From: Macrostomum lignano
Taxonomy: Eukaryota
NCBI GenBank assembly: GCA_002269645.1
Contig: NIVC01001368.1
Location: 124,001-188,000, forward strand
Direction: 5' to 3'
DNA length: 64,000 bases
Part shown: positions 1 to 12,810 of the stretch, piece by piece
Position numbering within the stretch: the first letter of the stretch is position 1
How the letters are laid out: each line of letters opens with the position of its first letter
Translations under genes and position numbers: made by a program
The notes under the pieces: model-generated
What the model saw: only the letters and a program-made list of their open reading frames with translations
What the model was told of the DNA's origin: nothing
Databases searched by the model: none

Positions 1-920
1 AGGTACAGAGGGGACTTGTGCAGGGGATTCTTGCAGTGGCGAGTCTATGGGGTAGCTACATGTACTATTACATTGCTAAATACGAAGATATGTACTTTTG
101 GCCTTCAACGCGCCAACTAGCCTCTCATAGCGCTGATGATAGACTAACTCGAACTTCAGAGACCGCATGATTCAGTACCCGAGCCGCTTGGCGAACCTGG
201 AGTGCACAAAGTACATCTCCGGCGCCGATTTTGCACTATTGGCAATTTTGCTCACCGATTTGGTAGATCGATCGACTGAGAACTGCCTTGCCATTGGTCC
301 ACTGTGACCGGCGCCTACTAGCTTAGCTACTCATCTGAACCATTGGCGAACAAAGAAATAAAACCGATAAAAATAACTGTCAGATTTAACCTTCTCCTTA
401 AATCACTTCACACTTCAGATCGAATTCAGTTTTTCAGTAGCAGACTACTAGCAGCTAATGTTCGCCTAATCCAGCTACTGAAACAGGGGACAGATAGGGC
501 ACCCAATCAAGCAAGTCTACTGAAACCAGATAGGGGGTCACCCAATCAAGCAAGTCTAGGTAGCCTCTCACCCAACCAATCAGAAACTCAACAGCCGGAG
601 ACCAGGTAATCCACAGTGACCGAATCGGATTGATGCTTCGCAGCTGTAGACTCGGGATGATGCTGACACAATCCACCTGCGCCTGACACAACTGAGTGAG
701 GCGCAGGTGGCTGTCAGATAAACTTTGAAAGCGATGATTTACGACCCAAAAAGCTGCGCCTGTTATTATGACTACTAGTATGACCAAACATTATATCTAG
801 TACAGATTCTATGACAATTCGCAGAAAAAGAATAAAAATGCCCTTAGCCTGCTGTCAGTAGGCTAGTAAGTTTAGAGCCCATGTGCTAGCGCGGGATTTG
901 GGAAAAAGTGCGTCCTCATC
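1..920 (-). repeat. Dispersed unclassified repeat, inverted partner of 47567-49156 (truncated by the window start)
   Basis: 1-672 is the reverse complement of ~48473-49156 (aggtacagaggggacttgtgcagggg vs cccctgcacaagtcccctctgtacct) and ~690-920 of 47567-47800; scattered mismatches, roughly 85-90% by eye. Confidence 0.9.
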
Positions 921-1616
921 ACATACCTAAATATCTACTGAGTCTATTTATCAAGTGCTGCATGCACAGTATAGCACCGTGCTGCTTTGTTGAGGAAGCG
1001 TTTGCCGTTAGGGAACGCTGTGCATGCTCTGATCTGAGGATTTTAACCTAACTTTATTATTAACTTTAAACTAATAAAACTACTATATGATTAGAACAGG
1101 CCCTGCTCAAGGCATGTACGTAGAGTGTCTAGTTAGCATCTGGGACACTGTTCTCATTCTTAACTTTCACTTTCTTAACTTCGTGAATCGTTTTTTGTAA
1201 GGATTTTTGAAAATGACACTCATTTGTGCCATGATGTATCAGCATTAGAAGCAATGAATTCAAAATTGGACACATGTGCAACTTTATTAATGACTACGCA
1301 AGGCACTAGCCTCTGAACTAGCAGTATGTATTAGCGATTAGCTAGAGAAGCTAAAGGCTTAACGAACTCGAAACCGCAGTAGCGATCGCACAGGACAAAA
1401 AAGCAGCAAAGCGGTAAGCAAATTTGTAAAACAGAGAAGCGAATGAAAAGTCGATCAAGAGCGAAACTCCTGCAGGCGAAACAATGAAGCCTCTCGGGTT
1501 TGGGCAAAATTGAACAGCATTTTGACTGAAATGACAAGCAACATCCGTCTAAATTGTGATCTGCTGCATAGGGCAGCGCAGATTGTTAAGGCAATTTAAA
1601 AAGCAGACTGCAACTA

Positions 1617-2035
1617 TAGTATTTGTCATGCCATCTCAGCCTAGAGACATCCAAACTCAGCCAGCCCATATCAACAGTGCGATTTTTTACGTAAGCCAGT
1701 CAAGTTTTACCATAGACACGCTTCTTAAGGCCATGCTATCTCAGCCTGGGACATGCAATCTCAGCCACTTTTCAGATTCTTACTGACTTTTCTTGCTGCG
1801 TTCATTCATTGCTGTTTGTTGCCATTTCATGTCACGTTATAGAAATGATAGCATTGAGATCTGTTTGCAATTGAAATCTATATTGGCTGAGATTGCATGT
1901 CCCAGGCTGAGACAGCATGGCCCCAAGAAGCATGTCTATGGTAAAACTCGACTAGCTCGAGCCAAAAAACGCATTGCTGAGTTGGGGCTGGCTGAGTTTG
2001 GATGTCCCTAGGCTGAGACAGCATGACAAAAGCTA
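1617..2035. mobile_element. Palindromic MITE flanked by TA
   Basis: Left end tagtatttgtcatgccatctcagcctagagacatccaaactcagccagccc matches the reverse complement of right end gggctggctgagtttggatgtccctaggctgagacagcatgacaaaagcta; second inner inverted pair ~1735-1768/~1883-1920; TA at 1615-1616 and 2036-2037; no coding capacity. Confidence 0.8.
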
Positions 2036-2196
2036 TATAAGCGAGGCATTTCGTTTCTGAGCATTCTGAGTAACCGACTGCAGATGTAGCTAACAGCTTA
2101 TGCAGCTCGCGAGTCGCTTAATTTGATCAGTTATTTTATCTGCTTGAGTCAGCTGGCCACCACAGGCCGTTACTGCGGAACCCCCATCCGTTCCGC

Positions 2197-5100
2197 TCAC
2201 TCCCTCTTCTTGTCGGTGGCCGCCTTCTTTGGGGCGCCGTTTGCGGCGGCTCCCGCGCTGCCGTCCGTCGCTACGACTGGAGCAGCCGAAGGAGGACGGC
2301 TTGCGGCGCCACCTTGCCGGAACAGGCCGCTTATGGCGTCCGCCAGACCGCCGAACAGCAGGGCGCCCGCTAGCCATTCGAACGGGTAGAACGGGTCCAT
2401 CGGGCCCAGCAGCTTGACGGCCAGCCTGCGGATTGGGGGAGAGATTTTTCAGCAATGTGATTCACCCACCAACCAAATTCGCCACAGGCATTCACCCACC
2501 AACCAAATTCGTCACAGGCATTCACCCACCAACCAAATTCGTCACAGGCATTCACCCACCAACCAAATTTGTCCCAGGCATTCACCCACCAACCAAATTC
2601 GTCACAGGCATTCACCAACCAACCAAATTCGTCACAGGCATTCACCCACCAACCAAATTCATCACAGGCATTCACCCACCAACCAAATTCGTCACAGGCA
2701 TTCACCCACCAGTACCAGCAAACAAATTTGTCACAGGCATTCACCCACCAGTACCAGCAAACAAATTTGTCACAGGCATTCACCCACCAACCAAATTCAT
2801 CACAGGCATTCACCCACCAACCAAATTCGTCACAGGCATTCACCCACCAGTACCAGCAAACAAATTTGTCACAGGCATTCACCCACCAGTACCAGCAAAC
2901 AAATTTGTCACAGGCATTCACCTACCAGTACCAGCTAACAAATTTGTCACAGGCATTCAACCACTAGACCCAGATATGCAACTGTCACAGGCTTTTACCT
3001 AAGCAGGACAAAGAAGGCCGCAGCGCCCAGATAGACGTGATTGTGATACTGAGCAGGCAGGTGGCCCGTGTGCTCCATTAGAAAGACGATAGCCACAACA
3101 AGGCAAGCCTTGGTGGTGCTGAAATTCGAAGATGGGAATGAAGTAAGTAACGAGCATTGGTGTCGCATTAAGGGATTATCAAATATTTATCTTGACAGAA
3201 TGCACCATAACAGATCGCAGCATTTCTGCTTATGCACACAGATAGGGCGCTAAAAATGAGACTTCACACGAACCCAAAATGGGAAGGCAATGGCGTGCTG
3301 TGTAACTAAGTGGCTGTGCGAACTAAAAATCTAAAAGCTAAAAAAGCAACCCTGAAGCTGCTGAACTACTCAGAGTGAATCAAGCCACTGCAGTTCAGCA
3401 CGGCAGGACATTCTGCTGTCTCTTACGCAGAGGGGCGCAGCATTTCGCTGACACCCGGCAGCCAGACTCCGCGGCCGAGCCGGAGCCTTGAAAATGTTTC
3501 ACGGGTGAATGAAAAGCGATGCTAGGAAAATCAAAGTGCGCCACTATGAGTAGTTTGCACCGCATCTTTAAATGGGTTGCTTTGATTTGCTAGCGATAGA
3601 TAATGCTAAAGCGACCTGCAGGTACCAAGGCGGATGCCTTGACCATTTCTGCTGCTGTAAAAGCCTTTTAAAATTTTTAATCACTGAAGGTCCGAAGTCT
3701 GATGATGAATCTGAATTTTCAATCTAAACTCAAGTGCTCGATATACTTTGACAACACACAGAGGCTCAGAAAGATCAACAGATCAAAGATCAGTTTTACG
3801 TTCAAAATCTGACCTGGGCTATCGTTGAACATCTTAACATTTTTTAAGGCTGCGGACTAGAAAACAAAAGTTATGCCCACCTTTATGGAACGTAGCGAAC
3901 CTGCACTGTTAGGGTGCAGCAGCAAAAATGTCTCCTAATCCGACTTGGAGATACAGGAGGGCTTGAAAAGCGCCAGTGTTCCTAACTGGCAACCAACACA
4001 TGTGCTATGTTAATCAGGTGAGATTCTGATACAAAAAGGCAATCTAATAGTCGCCAGGTGAGATCGGTTAAACATATTCAGCGAGCTAGCTCAGATGATT
4101 GAATAAAAAAAATCGGTAAGACTTTCGTGCCGGACGAAAAAGGGATAAAAATAACATTAAATCATCGTTCTCTATACGAAAAAAATTGCACAATATACAT
4201 GTACTACTAAAATAGCATTAAAGAAAGCAAGGAGAAAACAAAAGACCGGTAAGAGTTTAGAATTAGCCATATTAAAAGCCTTCAATGTGATTAAACGCAC
4301 TATTAAACTATCGCGATATTTCATGGCTTTTAGTGCAAAATGAAACGAAACCGCATAGCAACACAGAGGAAGCCCCCGCCTGCAAATACCGAAGGCCTTA
4401 CACTGAGAATGCTCCCACAATGGGCGGACGGAACTGGCCGGTGACGAGGCGGGCGAACAGCAGCATCACCGGGCTGCCGTTGGCTTATCAGCGCATGGAT
4501 GAAGGAAATTCGGCAGGTGAGTTCAAATTAGTCATGCACTACAAGCAGGTGTTGATGGGCGGCCAGATATGCGTTCGTACGGTACTAATCGGAGGAAAAT
4601 GCACCAACACGGCTAGAACTTGAACTTTAACGATGCTAAATGCCAGTCAGCGGTGCCCCTGCCTCTACCAGCCAGTCAGCTAAGCTAAAAATAGACGTAA
4701 TCGAACAGCCGAAGCTGCCGCAGACTGCTGCAAAACTGCAGTGGCGTCCGCCAAAGCCATCAAGATGAACCGCAGCCATTAAAGTACGCAGACCGCAATG
4801 GCGAGGGAGGCAAAGCTGAAGGGAAGATGCACGGAGGGATCGAATCCGCCTGCGAATTCCGCAATGATGGGAGAACTTGAGGGATTTGGGAAGTTAACTG
4901 CGGGCAGCCGCTCCCCTCCTGCTGCGCTCTTGAAGCGGCAAGTCAGCAGGCAATCAATTCCCCCCTGGCTGGCCAATGGCTGCTTCTAGCTGCAGAAATT
5001 GCTGCTTCCGTGTCCGCGGGGCTCGTTTCGCTTTGATTTCCTTGAAGCGAGCGATCGCAGGAAAGTGGATGGCGGGGAGCCTCCGCTTCTGCAGAGCGCT

Positions 5101-6679
5101 GATAAGGTCAAGACAAACGGGCTCGTAACAAACAGAAACAGGCAGAGTCCCGGAGGCAGGGAAGGGTTTGGGTGAAGTTTCTTCCAAATAAGGCCAACCC
5201 AGTTCGCAACAATGAGGCAGAGGCTGGCCAGAGAGCAGACCAGAAACCCTTAATTACAGCCATACAAATTACGCATTCATTTTTATCTTGCGACACTGAA
5301 GTAATCAGCAGTGAGCATCGAACACGCATGCCAGTCCCATTCATAGGCCTACCTTTCACAAGGCCGATGAGTACATTGAGCAAGTAGGCCTGGGGGTAAA
5401 GCCGAACGCCTGCAGCCACTCCATCAAAGACTTTCTGTGTTCTCTGAATTTCTTTTAAAAGGCAGACAGCCAGATGGACAGGTGCAAACTTAGCTAATTT
5501 GTAGACTAGGTCAAAGGGTGCATAGTTGAGGACATACCTGTAAACAGTGTATATTAATGTTGTAAAAAATTAAAATAAATACTTTCCTTAGATCATTTTA
5601 GTAATATCTCGCTAAGCCCATTGAAACAAAATTTCTACACTTAACACCAAATTTGATAAGTAAATAAGCTTATATGCACAGAATTAACTAGCATTGAAAT
5701 TAATTTGGAATACTTTAACTAGGTAGTACTGATAACAGTAATAAAAGGAAAAATGACAAGCATCTAAATACAAACAAGAACAGAAGCTTAAAAAACACAA
5801 AATAACTTACCATACAATTGTTGCCACCAGAATGTCTCTATGGTTTTGAAAGGGCACAATTAGTGGTTCACCAGTCAAGCCATTACCAATTATAGTGCCT
5901 GCAAAGCACATGAGCATGCTTGCTAGCCAAGATGCAAATGAGTGATGTCTTGAAAATGTTGGTGTACCTGAAAAATTAATAAGCATTTTATTAATTTTTA
6001 GGTATGTTTTATGAATTCTTTAAAATGTTTTCAAGCAGGTTTTACAATAGAATAATAAAACAATTTTATTACATAGGCCTAAAAACACAAATAAGCAAAT
6101 GTAGGCTTAATTCATAATATATTGAGCAAATATATAATTGTGAAATCATTTTAATTTGTTTTAAAATTAATAAGGTCAATAATAAGGTCAATAATATATT
6201 GAGCAAATATATAATTGTGCAATCATTTTAATTTGATTTTTTAGTCAAATGTTTTGATAATTGATATCATTGATTAATAAATGAGATTAGCCTATACAAA
6301 GATTTTGGCTTTGCCTATAAGGAAATATGTAGATTGTAGGCCGACTATGCAGCAATATAAATGCTAAGTGCTCTTATATTGTTCTTAGTGCATAATAATG
6401 CTCATTGCAATCGTTTTTAATAGTCCCATGCTTTTAATATTTTGGGACATGTTTATCCAAGCTTTACAAGAAATTATTATAAATTTAAATTCTAAGCAAT
6501 AAAAAGGTTTACAAGAAAAAAATCTTTTCATCAAGCTCACCAAGTTGAGGAGTATCTTCCTTAACAAGCAAACACATCAAAATATAATGTGATATGTCGA
6601 AAAATGGATACATATTAATTCGCTGTAATGTTTTAGATACATCACTGAACGGGAAATAGTAGTCCAGATCCAAATCCAT
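2197..6679 (-). CDS. TMEM38: Trimeric intracellular cation channel (TMEM38/TRIC family), 6 exons, 303 aa
   Basis: Exons 6541-6679, 5811-5967, 5353-5537, 4402-4483, 2999-3118, 2197-2425 (912 bp, all GT-AG, phases consistent). Translation has TRIC motifs: MYPFFDISHYIL, FASWLASMLMCFAGTIIGN..GEP, APFDLVYK, KEIQRTQKVFDGV, IGLVKANG, TTKACL, DPFYPFE. Exon 4 boundaries are least certain (AAG acceptor). Confidence 0.93.
2459..2998. repeat. Minisatellite (30-bp unit with 39-bp variant, ~15 units) filling TMEM38 intron 5
   Basis: Units ggcattcacccaccaaccaaattcgtcaca and ggcattcacccaccagtaccagcaaacaaatttgtcaca; a partial unit runs into the donor at 2997-2998. Confidence 0.97.
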
Positions 6680-7439
6680 AATAGCAATGAAAGTCGTGCT
6701 CCTCTAAACGTTCGAAAGACTAAGAAGCCGAAAAGGACGAAAAAGTCCGAATATGAGAAATTATCGCGCAAGTCAAGTTTGCCAGCGTATCGTCAATCAA
6801 AACAAGCCCACAGTCATAATCGTGAAAAACGAACAACGATTTTTATGCTTATTGCAGTACTTAGGAACGAGTTGATAGTCAATTTTAAAGTTCAAATCGT
6901 TAATCGTATAGTCGGATCTTTGGCTAGGTTTGACTTTTAATGTCGAAAAATGTAAAAAAATGAGAAATTGAGGCTGTAAAAATTTGAGTCGTACCAATAA
7001 GCCGTACAAGCATACTAATCATCAGTTAGCACAAGATCGACCTATGATGTAGTTTACAATTACTCCTAATCGGTTGTGGTGAAATCGTCCTCTTCTCTAA
7101 GTATTAGTCGCCTTAGAGCAGGGACAGCGTTGTCGAAGCGAATCAATTGCATCGGCAAAGAACAGTGACTGACTCTGATGCACTGCAGCTGAGTGCATGT
7201 GAGTCCCGATTATCTGCGTTGGCGGCAGAATTGCTTTAAGCGAGTGAAGACAGCGAAGTCCAACGGAGCTATGTCAATGTAGGCCTCGGGTATATATATG
7301 GTGGGTGTGGCAAGAACTTCAGGCAACCAGAGCTTCTTAAGTCGTCTGGCTCTCTACATGTTTTGCATGGGCATGGCGTTGTGATGGTGTCATGTCAACG
7401 CAGTGTCTGTGTGTGACCTCCAAACCTCTCGTTGCTGAT

Positions 7440-8950
7440 GTCTCGCCGATTGAAGTTTGTTCAGTGTTTGACGCTGCCGCCGGAGATGCCGTTGCCGGCA
7501 GAGGAGAGCTTCAGCCTAGCACCAGTCAGCACAACCGACGTTGTGAGGCGATCGCCCAGCAATCACCGGGCGGGAAAGTGCTGCGTCTGGACGAGGTGCC
7601 CATCGAGGCGCTGCGCATCCACTGTGTGGCCAGTAAGATCGCCAGACTGATGAATCGCATGCTCTTCGGTGAGGAGGCACCCAACGAATGGACCACGGCG
7701 CACATCGTCGCAGTTCCTAAGAAGCCGGGCACCACGAGGCTTGAGGAGCATCAAGGTATCTGCCTTCAATTCTGCACTATCGCGATTGCAGCCCGTGCTG
7801 GATCCGTACCTGCGTCCTGAGCAGAACGGCTTCCGACCGCGGCACAGTGACGCAGATCTTCGGCGACTCATCGAGGAAGCACGCGGATACGCCAGTCGAT
7901 CCTGATTTTTGTCTTCTTAGATTTCAAGAAGGCATTCGACTCGGTCGACAGGTCTGTGCTCCCAAAGGTGCTCCGTGCGTACAACGTGCCACAGCAGCGG
8001 ATTTCCGCCATCATGGCGATGTACCGTGATAGGAAGCTGCTGTTTCAACACCCGATGGCCTATCGGACTTCTTTTTAGACATCGATCCTCCGGGGTGCTT
8101 CAGGGAGATACGCTGTTCGTTCTGGTGCTTGACTGGGTGCTGCAGACCGCTCTTCCTACTAACGACGACCCGCGGCTTTCTGTTGCGGTGACGCGTGGGT
8201 CTACGTTGGCTACGCCGACGACCTCGCCCTGCTGTCCTCAACTGTCGAGGGCGCCCAGCGACAACTGGACAAGCTAGTTGCTGTTGCGGCGAGTTTCGGC
8301 CTGCTGGTCAACACGCAGAAGACCGTCGTGCTCTGCGTGCCGGACGACATCGAGGCTGCGATTCCGGAGTCGCTGATGGACAGGCGACAGAGCTTCCGCG
8401 TTGTCAGCAGTTCGTCTACCTCGGCGGTCTGGTTCCGGCGTCCGCGAGGATTTGCAGCGTCGCCGCGTGCTTGCCTGGGTTGCTTTTCGTTCTGTGAGGG
8501 CAGTCCTGCAGTCTGAGGCCTTACCTGACCGCCAGAAGGCGGCGTTATTCCAGGCGGTGATCGAGACCGCGTCCTGCTGTACAACGCCGAGACCTGGACG
8601 CTGACGGAGTCGCTCGAGCAACAAGTTGATGCGGCGCACGCTGGCCTGCTGCGCGCCGCCTTCAAGATCGGCTACGAGCGAGTGACCAACGCGGCTTTTT
8701 ATCGCCGCGCCGGCCTGGTCCGTCCAAGCGACCTGTTGCGCCGTCGGCGACTCCAGCTGGCAGGCCACATCATCCGCGCCGAGTCGTACTGCCCAGAGTC
8801 GGTGCAGGAGGTGCTGCTGCTAACTCTGCAGGCACCCTACCGGCGGGGGCAGGCGCGCACTCGGCGTTTCGTCGACTGCCTGCTAGCTGACGCCGGCGCC
8901 CCGGATTCGGCCGGCGGCGCGTGGCGTTCTTTCGGGACCTGGCCTTGAAG
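7440..8950 (+). mobile_element. Degenerate 5'-truncated non-LTR retrotransposon (RTE-like RT), copy 1
   Basis: Frameshifted RT motifs: LDEVPIEALR, EWTTAHIVAVPKK, LRPEQNGFRP, LDFKKAFDSVDR, LQGDTL, YADDLALL, LLVNTQKT, FVYLGG. Homologous to 51445-52436. Confidence 0.88.
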
Positions 8951-9339
8951 CGCACCATGTGACGCTAACTGCGTATTCTGTTGTTGTATTGTCAGGGTTT
9001 GACGTACATGTACATGTATATAACGGTCAGCATTGACCAATGACAATCAAACAAAGAAGCTTGATCTTCTCTTTTGTGCTTTGATTGGAGGATATTCGAT
9101 CCCTTCGTTGTCCAGACCATGGACTGTGATTTTGGTGAGAGAATTGAAGTGAGTTATCCATGTCTCATAATCACCGGTGACAATGTGCTCGCTAAGTTCT
9201 CCCAGCCGAGCTTATCCGCACAGCCCAGGTTCGCTTGGCAAATCTCAAGCGGTTGTCTCATCAAAACCTCTGTTAGAAGTCGCGGGACCCAACGCGAACA
9301 CTGAGTTTCACCAGTCCCCATGCTGTCAACCATTCAGCC

Positions 9340-11893
9340 ACTGCAGCACACGAGGAGTGCGTGAAGCTGCTTGACGCATTCTATGACGAGCTCCTTCAGC
9401 AAGAAGCCACAGAAGAAGCTCGAGACAAAGTTCTGGACGAGCTGGATCAAGTTGAGAAACAGTTTCAAGACACCATGAAATGTGTAACTCAGTTCATCAC
9501 TGCTCATCAGACTGCGGCGACTGCCGCGACTGCCGCGACTGCGGCGACTGCCGCGACTGCGGCGACTGCCGCGACTGCGGCGACTGCCGCGACTGCGGCG
9601 ACTGCGGCGACTGCCGCGACTGCCGCGACTGCAGCGACCGCATCTCCGTCAAAATCTTGCATGCTGTGTAAAGATCAACATGAGCTGTGAAAGTGCTCAA
9701 CATTTAGACAGCTGTCAATTGAAAATCACTGGAAGGCTGCGCGTGATTCGAAATCGTGCTTTTGCTGCTTAGCTCGCGGTCATGCTGCTCGGATATGCCG
9801 TCATGGACGCCGATGTCGAATCGGTGAATGCAACAGGTTTCACCCCCGCTTGCTGCATTCTGACGAGGCGGTAAAAATTGAGTCGAAGAAGAATTCGCCG
9901 GCAGAAGGGGTCAAAACGAGCGCTAAGTCGGGTCGCAAAGGAGCCGTGATAACGATGATGGCAGGAAGTGGAGGTGGTTCTCAAGGCAGGCAGCTGTGTT
10001 GTGAAAGTGAACGCGCTTTTGGACGACGCGAGTACAAGGACATATGTGAATGCAGAGATTTCCGAAGCTGTGGAGCGAGTGAAAGTGAACGTTTTGAACG
10101 GACAGACAGAGAAATTCTTGACAGCTCCGGTTACGATGACGCTCGAAAGTGTAGATGGAAGTCTGAGTCGTCCGATCATCACAGCATTCACGACAGACAG
10201 CGTCACCGGGAAGCTGAAGGCCACGGATTGGCAGACGACAGCAGCGGATTGGAAACATCTGGAGCATATTCCATTTCCTCAGCTCCATGCGCCGCATCTC
10301 ATAGACCTGCTGATAGGAGTGGATCATGCGGAGTTACATGTGTCCTACCGAGAAGTTCGCGGTGGCCCTGGGGAGCCACAGGCACGTTTGACTCCCCTTG
10401 GATGGACAGGTGTGGGTCAAGTAGAACAGATTCAGCACCAGAAAAACTTGGCCAGCACCTTTTTCTGTTTCACCAGCGAGGAGATGCTGTCACCAGTGCG
10501 ACGTAAGTTCCGGGAGGTAGAAGAAATCTGGTCAGCTCAGGACCAAAATTGGACAGCGGACGAGCAAGCTGCAGTCGAGCAAGCCAAGTCTTCGTTAAAG
10601 CTAACTAACGGCCGATACCAGCTGGGAATTCCGTGGAAGCCAGAGGCGAAAGTTCGCTCGAATAACTATGAGATGGCGATCAAACGGCTTTGCAACACAG
10701 AGACCCGGTGGAAGAAAGATGTGGAGGTGGCAAAGCAATACAAGCATGCCTAGAGCGATATGGGCAGCAAGGCTACATTCGGCACGTTGCAGTAGAGGGG
10801 TTCTCAGCCAGAAGGTGCTTTCTGCCGCATTTTCCGATCATTCGATTCGACAAGCTGACGACAAAGGTTTGCATCGTCTTCGATGCCTCGGCGGGCGGGA
10901 ACGAAAAGTCCTTAAATTCTCTGGTCTTTCCACGGCCGAAGCTTCAGCGAGAATTGTTTGACGTTCTGCTTTGCTTCAGGAGAGATGCGGTGGCTGGGGC
11001 TTGTGACATCTCCGAGATGTACCTCCAGATCGAAATGGCACCGGAGGACAGGCCGACGCATAGCTTTCTACGGCGTGAGATGGACTCCAGCAAGCCTGTT
11101 AAAATTTTTGAGAGCAACCGCATCGTTTTCGGCAACTCGAGCTCGCCGTTTCTTGCTCAGTTCGTAGTTCGTGAGCATGCGGAACGCCTGAAAGAAGAGC
11201 TGCCATTAGCTGCAGATGCTGTTCTCAACTCCACCTATATGGACGATTGTTTAGATTCGGTCGGGTCAGAGACTGAGGCGATCCAGCTGTTTCAAGAGTT
11301 GAAGACTCGCTGGGAGCGTGCAGGCATGCACCCCAGGAAATGGATGTCCGATTCGCGAGAACTGTTGAGCAGAGTGCCACCAGAAGATCGAGTAGCCGAA
11401 GTAACATTGGAAGGCACACCGCTGCCATCCATCAAGACGCTTGGTGTAGAATGGAGAAGCGATCGGAACAAGTGCACCTTTAAAGTCGACCAGAACCGCA
11501 TCAGAGAGACCAAGTCTGTCACAGATCCGGACCAGTGGAGGTGTGTCACGACCGAATTCCATCCAGCCGATGCGTTGTCTCGAGGAACTTCAGCGAAGCA
11601 GCTGACGGAGGTTGACAGCTGGTGGCATGGACAAAGGGTGACTGGTCGGAGCAGAGTCGTTAGCATGAATGAGGAACGATCGGCGGTCAGACGATTAGAC
11701 CCGACCATGGCGACCAGGTTCTTGAGCTCAAAGCGGCGCATCTGCATGCAAGGCGAGACGGCTCGATTCGCGACCATCTGCTGGCTGCCGCGGAGAGACG
11801 GGTGCGAGTTGCGAAAGTGCAGCTGGTTGGCAAGGCCTCCGCGAGGCCGATTGCGAGGCTGCGTCCGCTAATCACGAAAGGGGGCTTGAGAAC
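9340..11893 (+). mobile_element. Degenerate BEL/Pao LTR retrotransposon internal region (gag knuckles, protease, RT, RNase H remnant, integrase C-terminus)
   Basis: Three Cys/His knuckles (CMLCKDQHEL*KC; CFCCLARGHAARIC; CRIGECNRFHPRLLH), protease ALLDDASTRTYV, RT FLPHFPIIRFDKLTTKVCIVFDASA / DISEMYLQI / FGNSSSPFL / YMDD, HPADALSRG, RVRVAKVQL..RPIARLRPL, then purine tract aaaggggg. Stops, frameshifts and large deletions. Confidence 0.9.
9510..9640 (+). repeat. 9-bp microsatellite (actgcggcg/actgccgcg), ~14 copies, in frame (Thr-Ala-Ala)n in BEL gag
   Basis: Direct inspection; ORF 9361-9690 reads TAATAATAA... Confidence 0.97.
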
Positions 11894-12810
11894 TGAGTAG
11901 TTGACATTTTTGGCCAAACTTTAATTTATTGAAAAAATTCTGCGATTTAGCGATCATTTCCTTAACTTCGACTAACCGTTGCATGCGTTTCGATTTCGAT
12001 GTTTTCAGCTTCAAGCTATTTTGGTGATGGGATAACGCGCTATATTTTTCTTTTTGTGGCTTTTGAGAGTTTTGCTTCCCTGCGCATTAAATCCAGTTTG
12101 GTTCTAACGCATTGTGTTTTTTCATGTCGGCTGTCTATTTTGGGAGTTTTTGTTCTGTTTTTTGTGTTTGTTTTCTGTTTATGTGTTTTTTGTATTTCTT
12201 TGTTTTTTGGCGTTGTTGCGAAGACGTTTTGCATACTCTGTTCGGTTAGTTTTCCCATTTTCAGCGTTTATCCCCTTTGCTCATTTCATCGCACTGTACG
12301 CTACGTTTCAGGTTCGATCCCGTTTGCTAACCCAGTTCGAATATGTATCGCATCCCCGTGATTCGTTTACTAACCTAGTTATTTGATCCTATTTTCACTT
12401 TGTCATTTTGTCGAGCGTATTTCATCCTAGCGATTTAACTTTATTCCTGAAAAGTACGCGGTACGATGATAATTGAATGTTTCCATTTTTAAGATCCTTG
12501 TTCGAGGTGCTCTTTGTTGTTGGCATGTGCTCATGCCAAGAAGGGAGGTATGGATTGAAGAGGAAAGGTTTTGCTTATTTCATTGTACGTCTGTACTATT
12601 ACTCATCATTTGCCTATTTTACCTGCCCCCTCCGCGCCTCACGCCACCTTTCTCACTCCCCATTCTGATTGGTTAACGTACGAGTACATAGTAATTCATG
12701 CACATTTACACCCCCCCTGTGTCAACCCCGCCTTCTACTTAATAAATTGAGTAAAATATACCTAGCAAGACTAGACGGCGTGTACCCCTTTTGATTTGTT
12801 GTCTGCTACA
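11894..12810 (+). repeat. Putative 3' LTR of the BEL/Pao element
   Basis: Starts TG shortly after the purine tract, T-rich body, AATAAA at ~12741, candidate end ...tgctaCA at 12810. No matching 5' LTR seen, so the end is a guess. Confidence 0.4.

Noticed and set aside
2370-3002. Several 130-190-aa repetitive ORFs
   Set aside because: Artefacts of the 30/39-bp array inside TMEM38 intron 5.
4500-5350. Nested gene in GC-rich TMEM38 intron 3
   Set aside because: Short overlapping ORFs with no recognisable motifs or consistent splice structure.
11999-12386. Hydrophobic Phe/Val-rich ORFs resembling membrane proteins
   Set aside because: T-rich low-complexity sequence, probably the BEL LTR.
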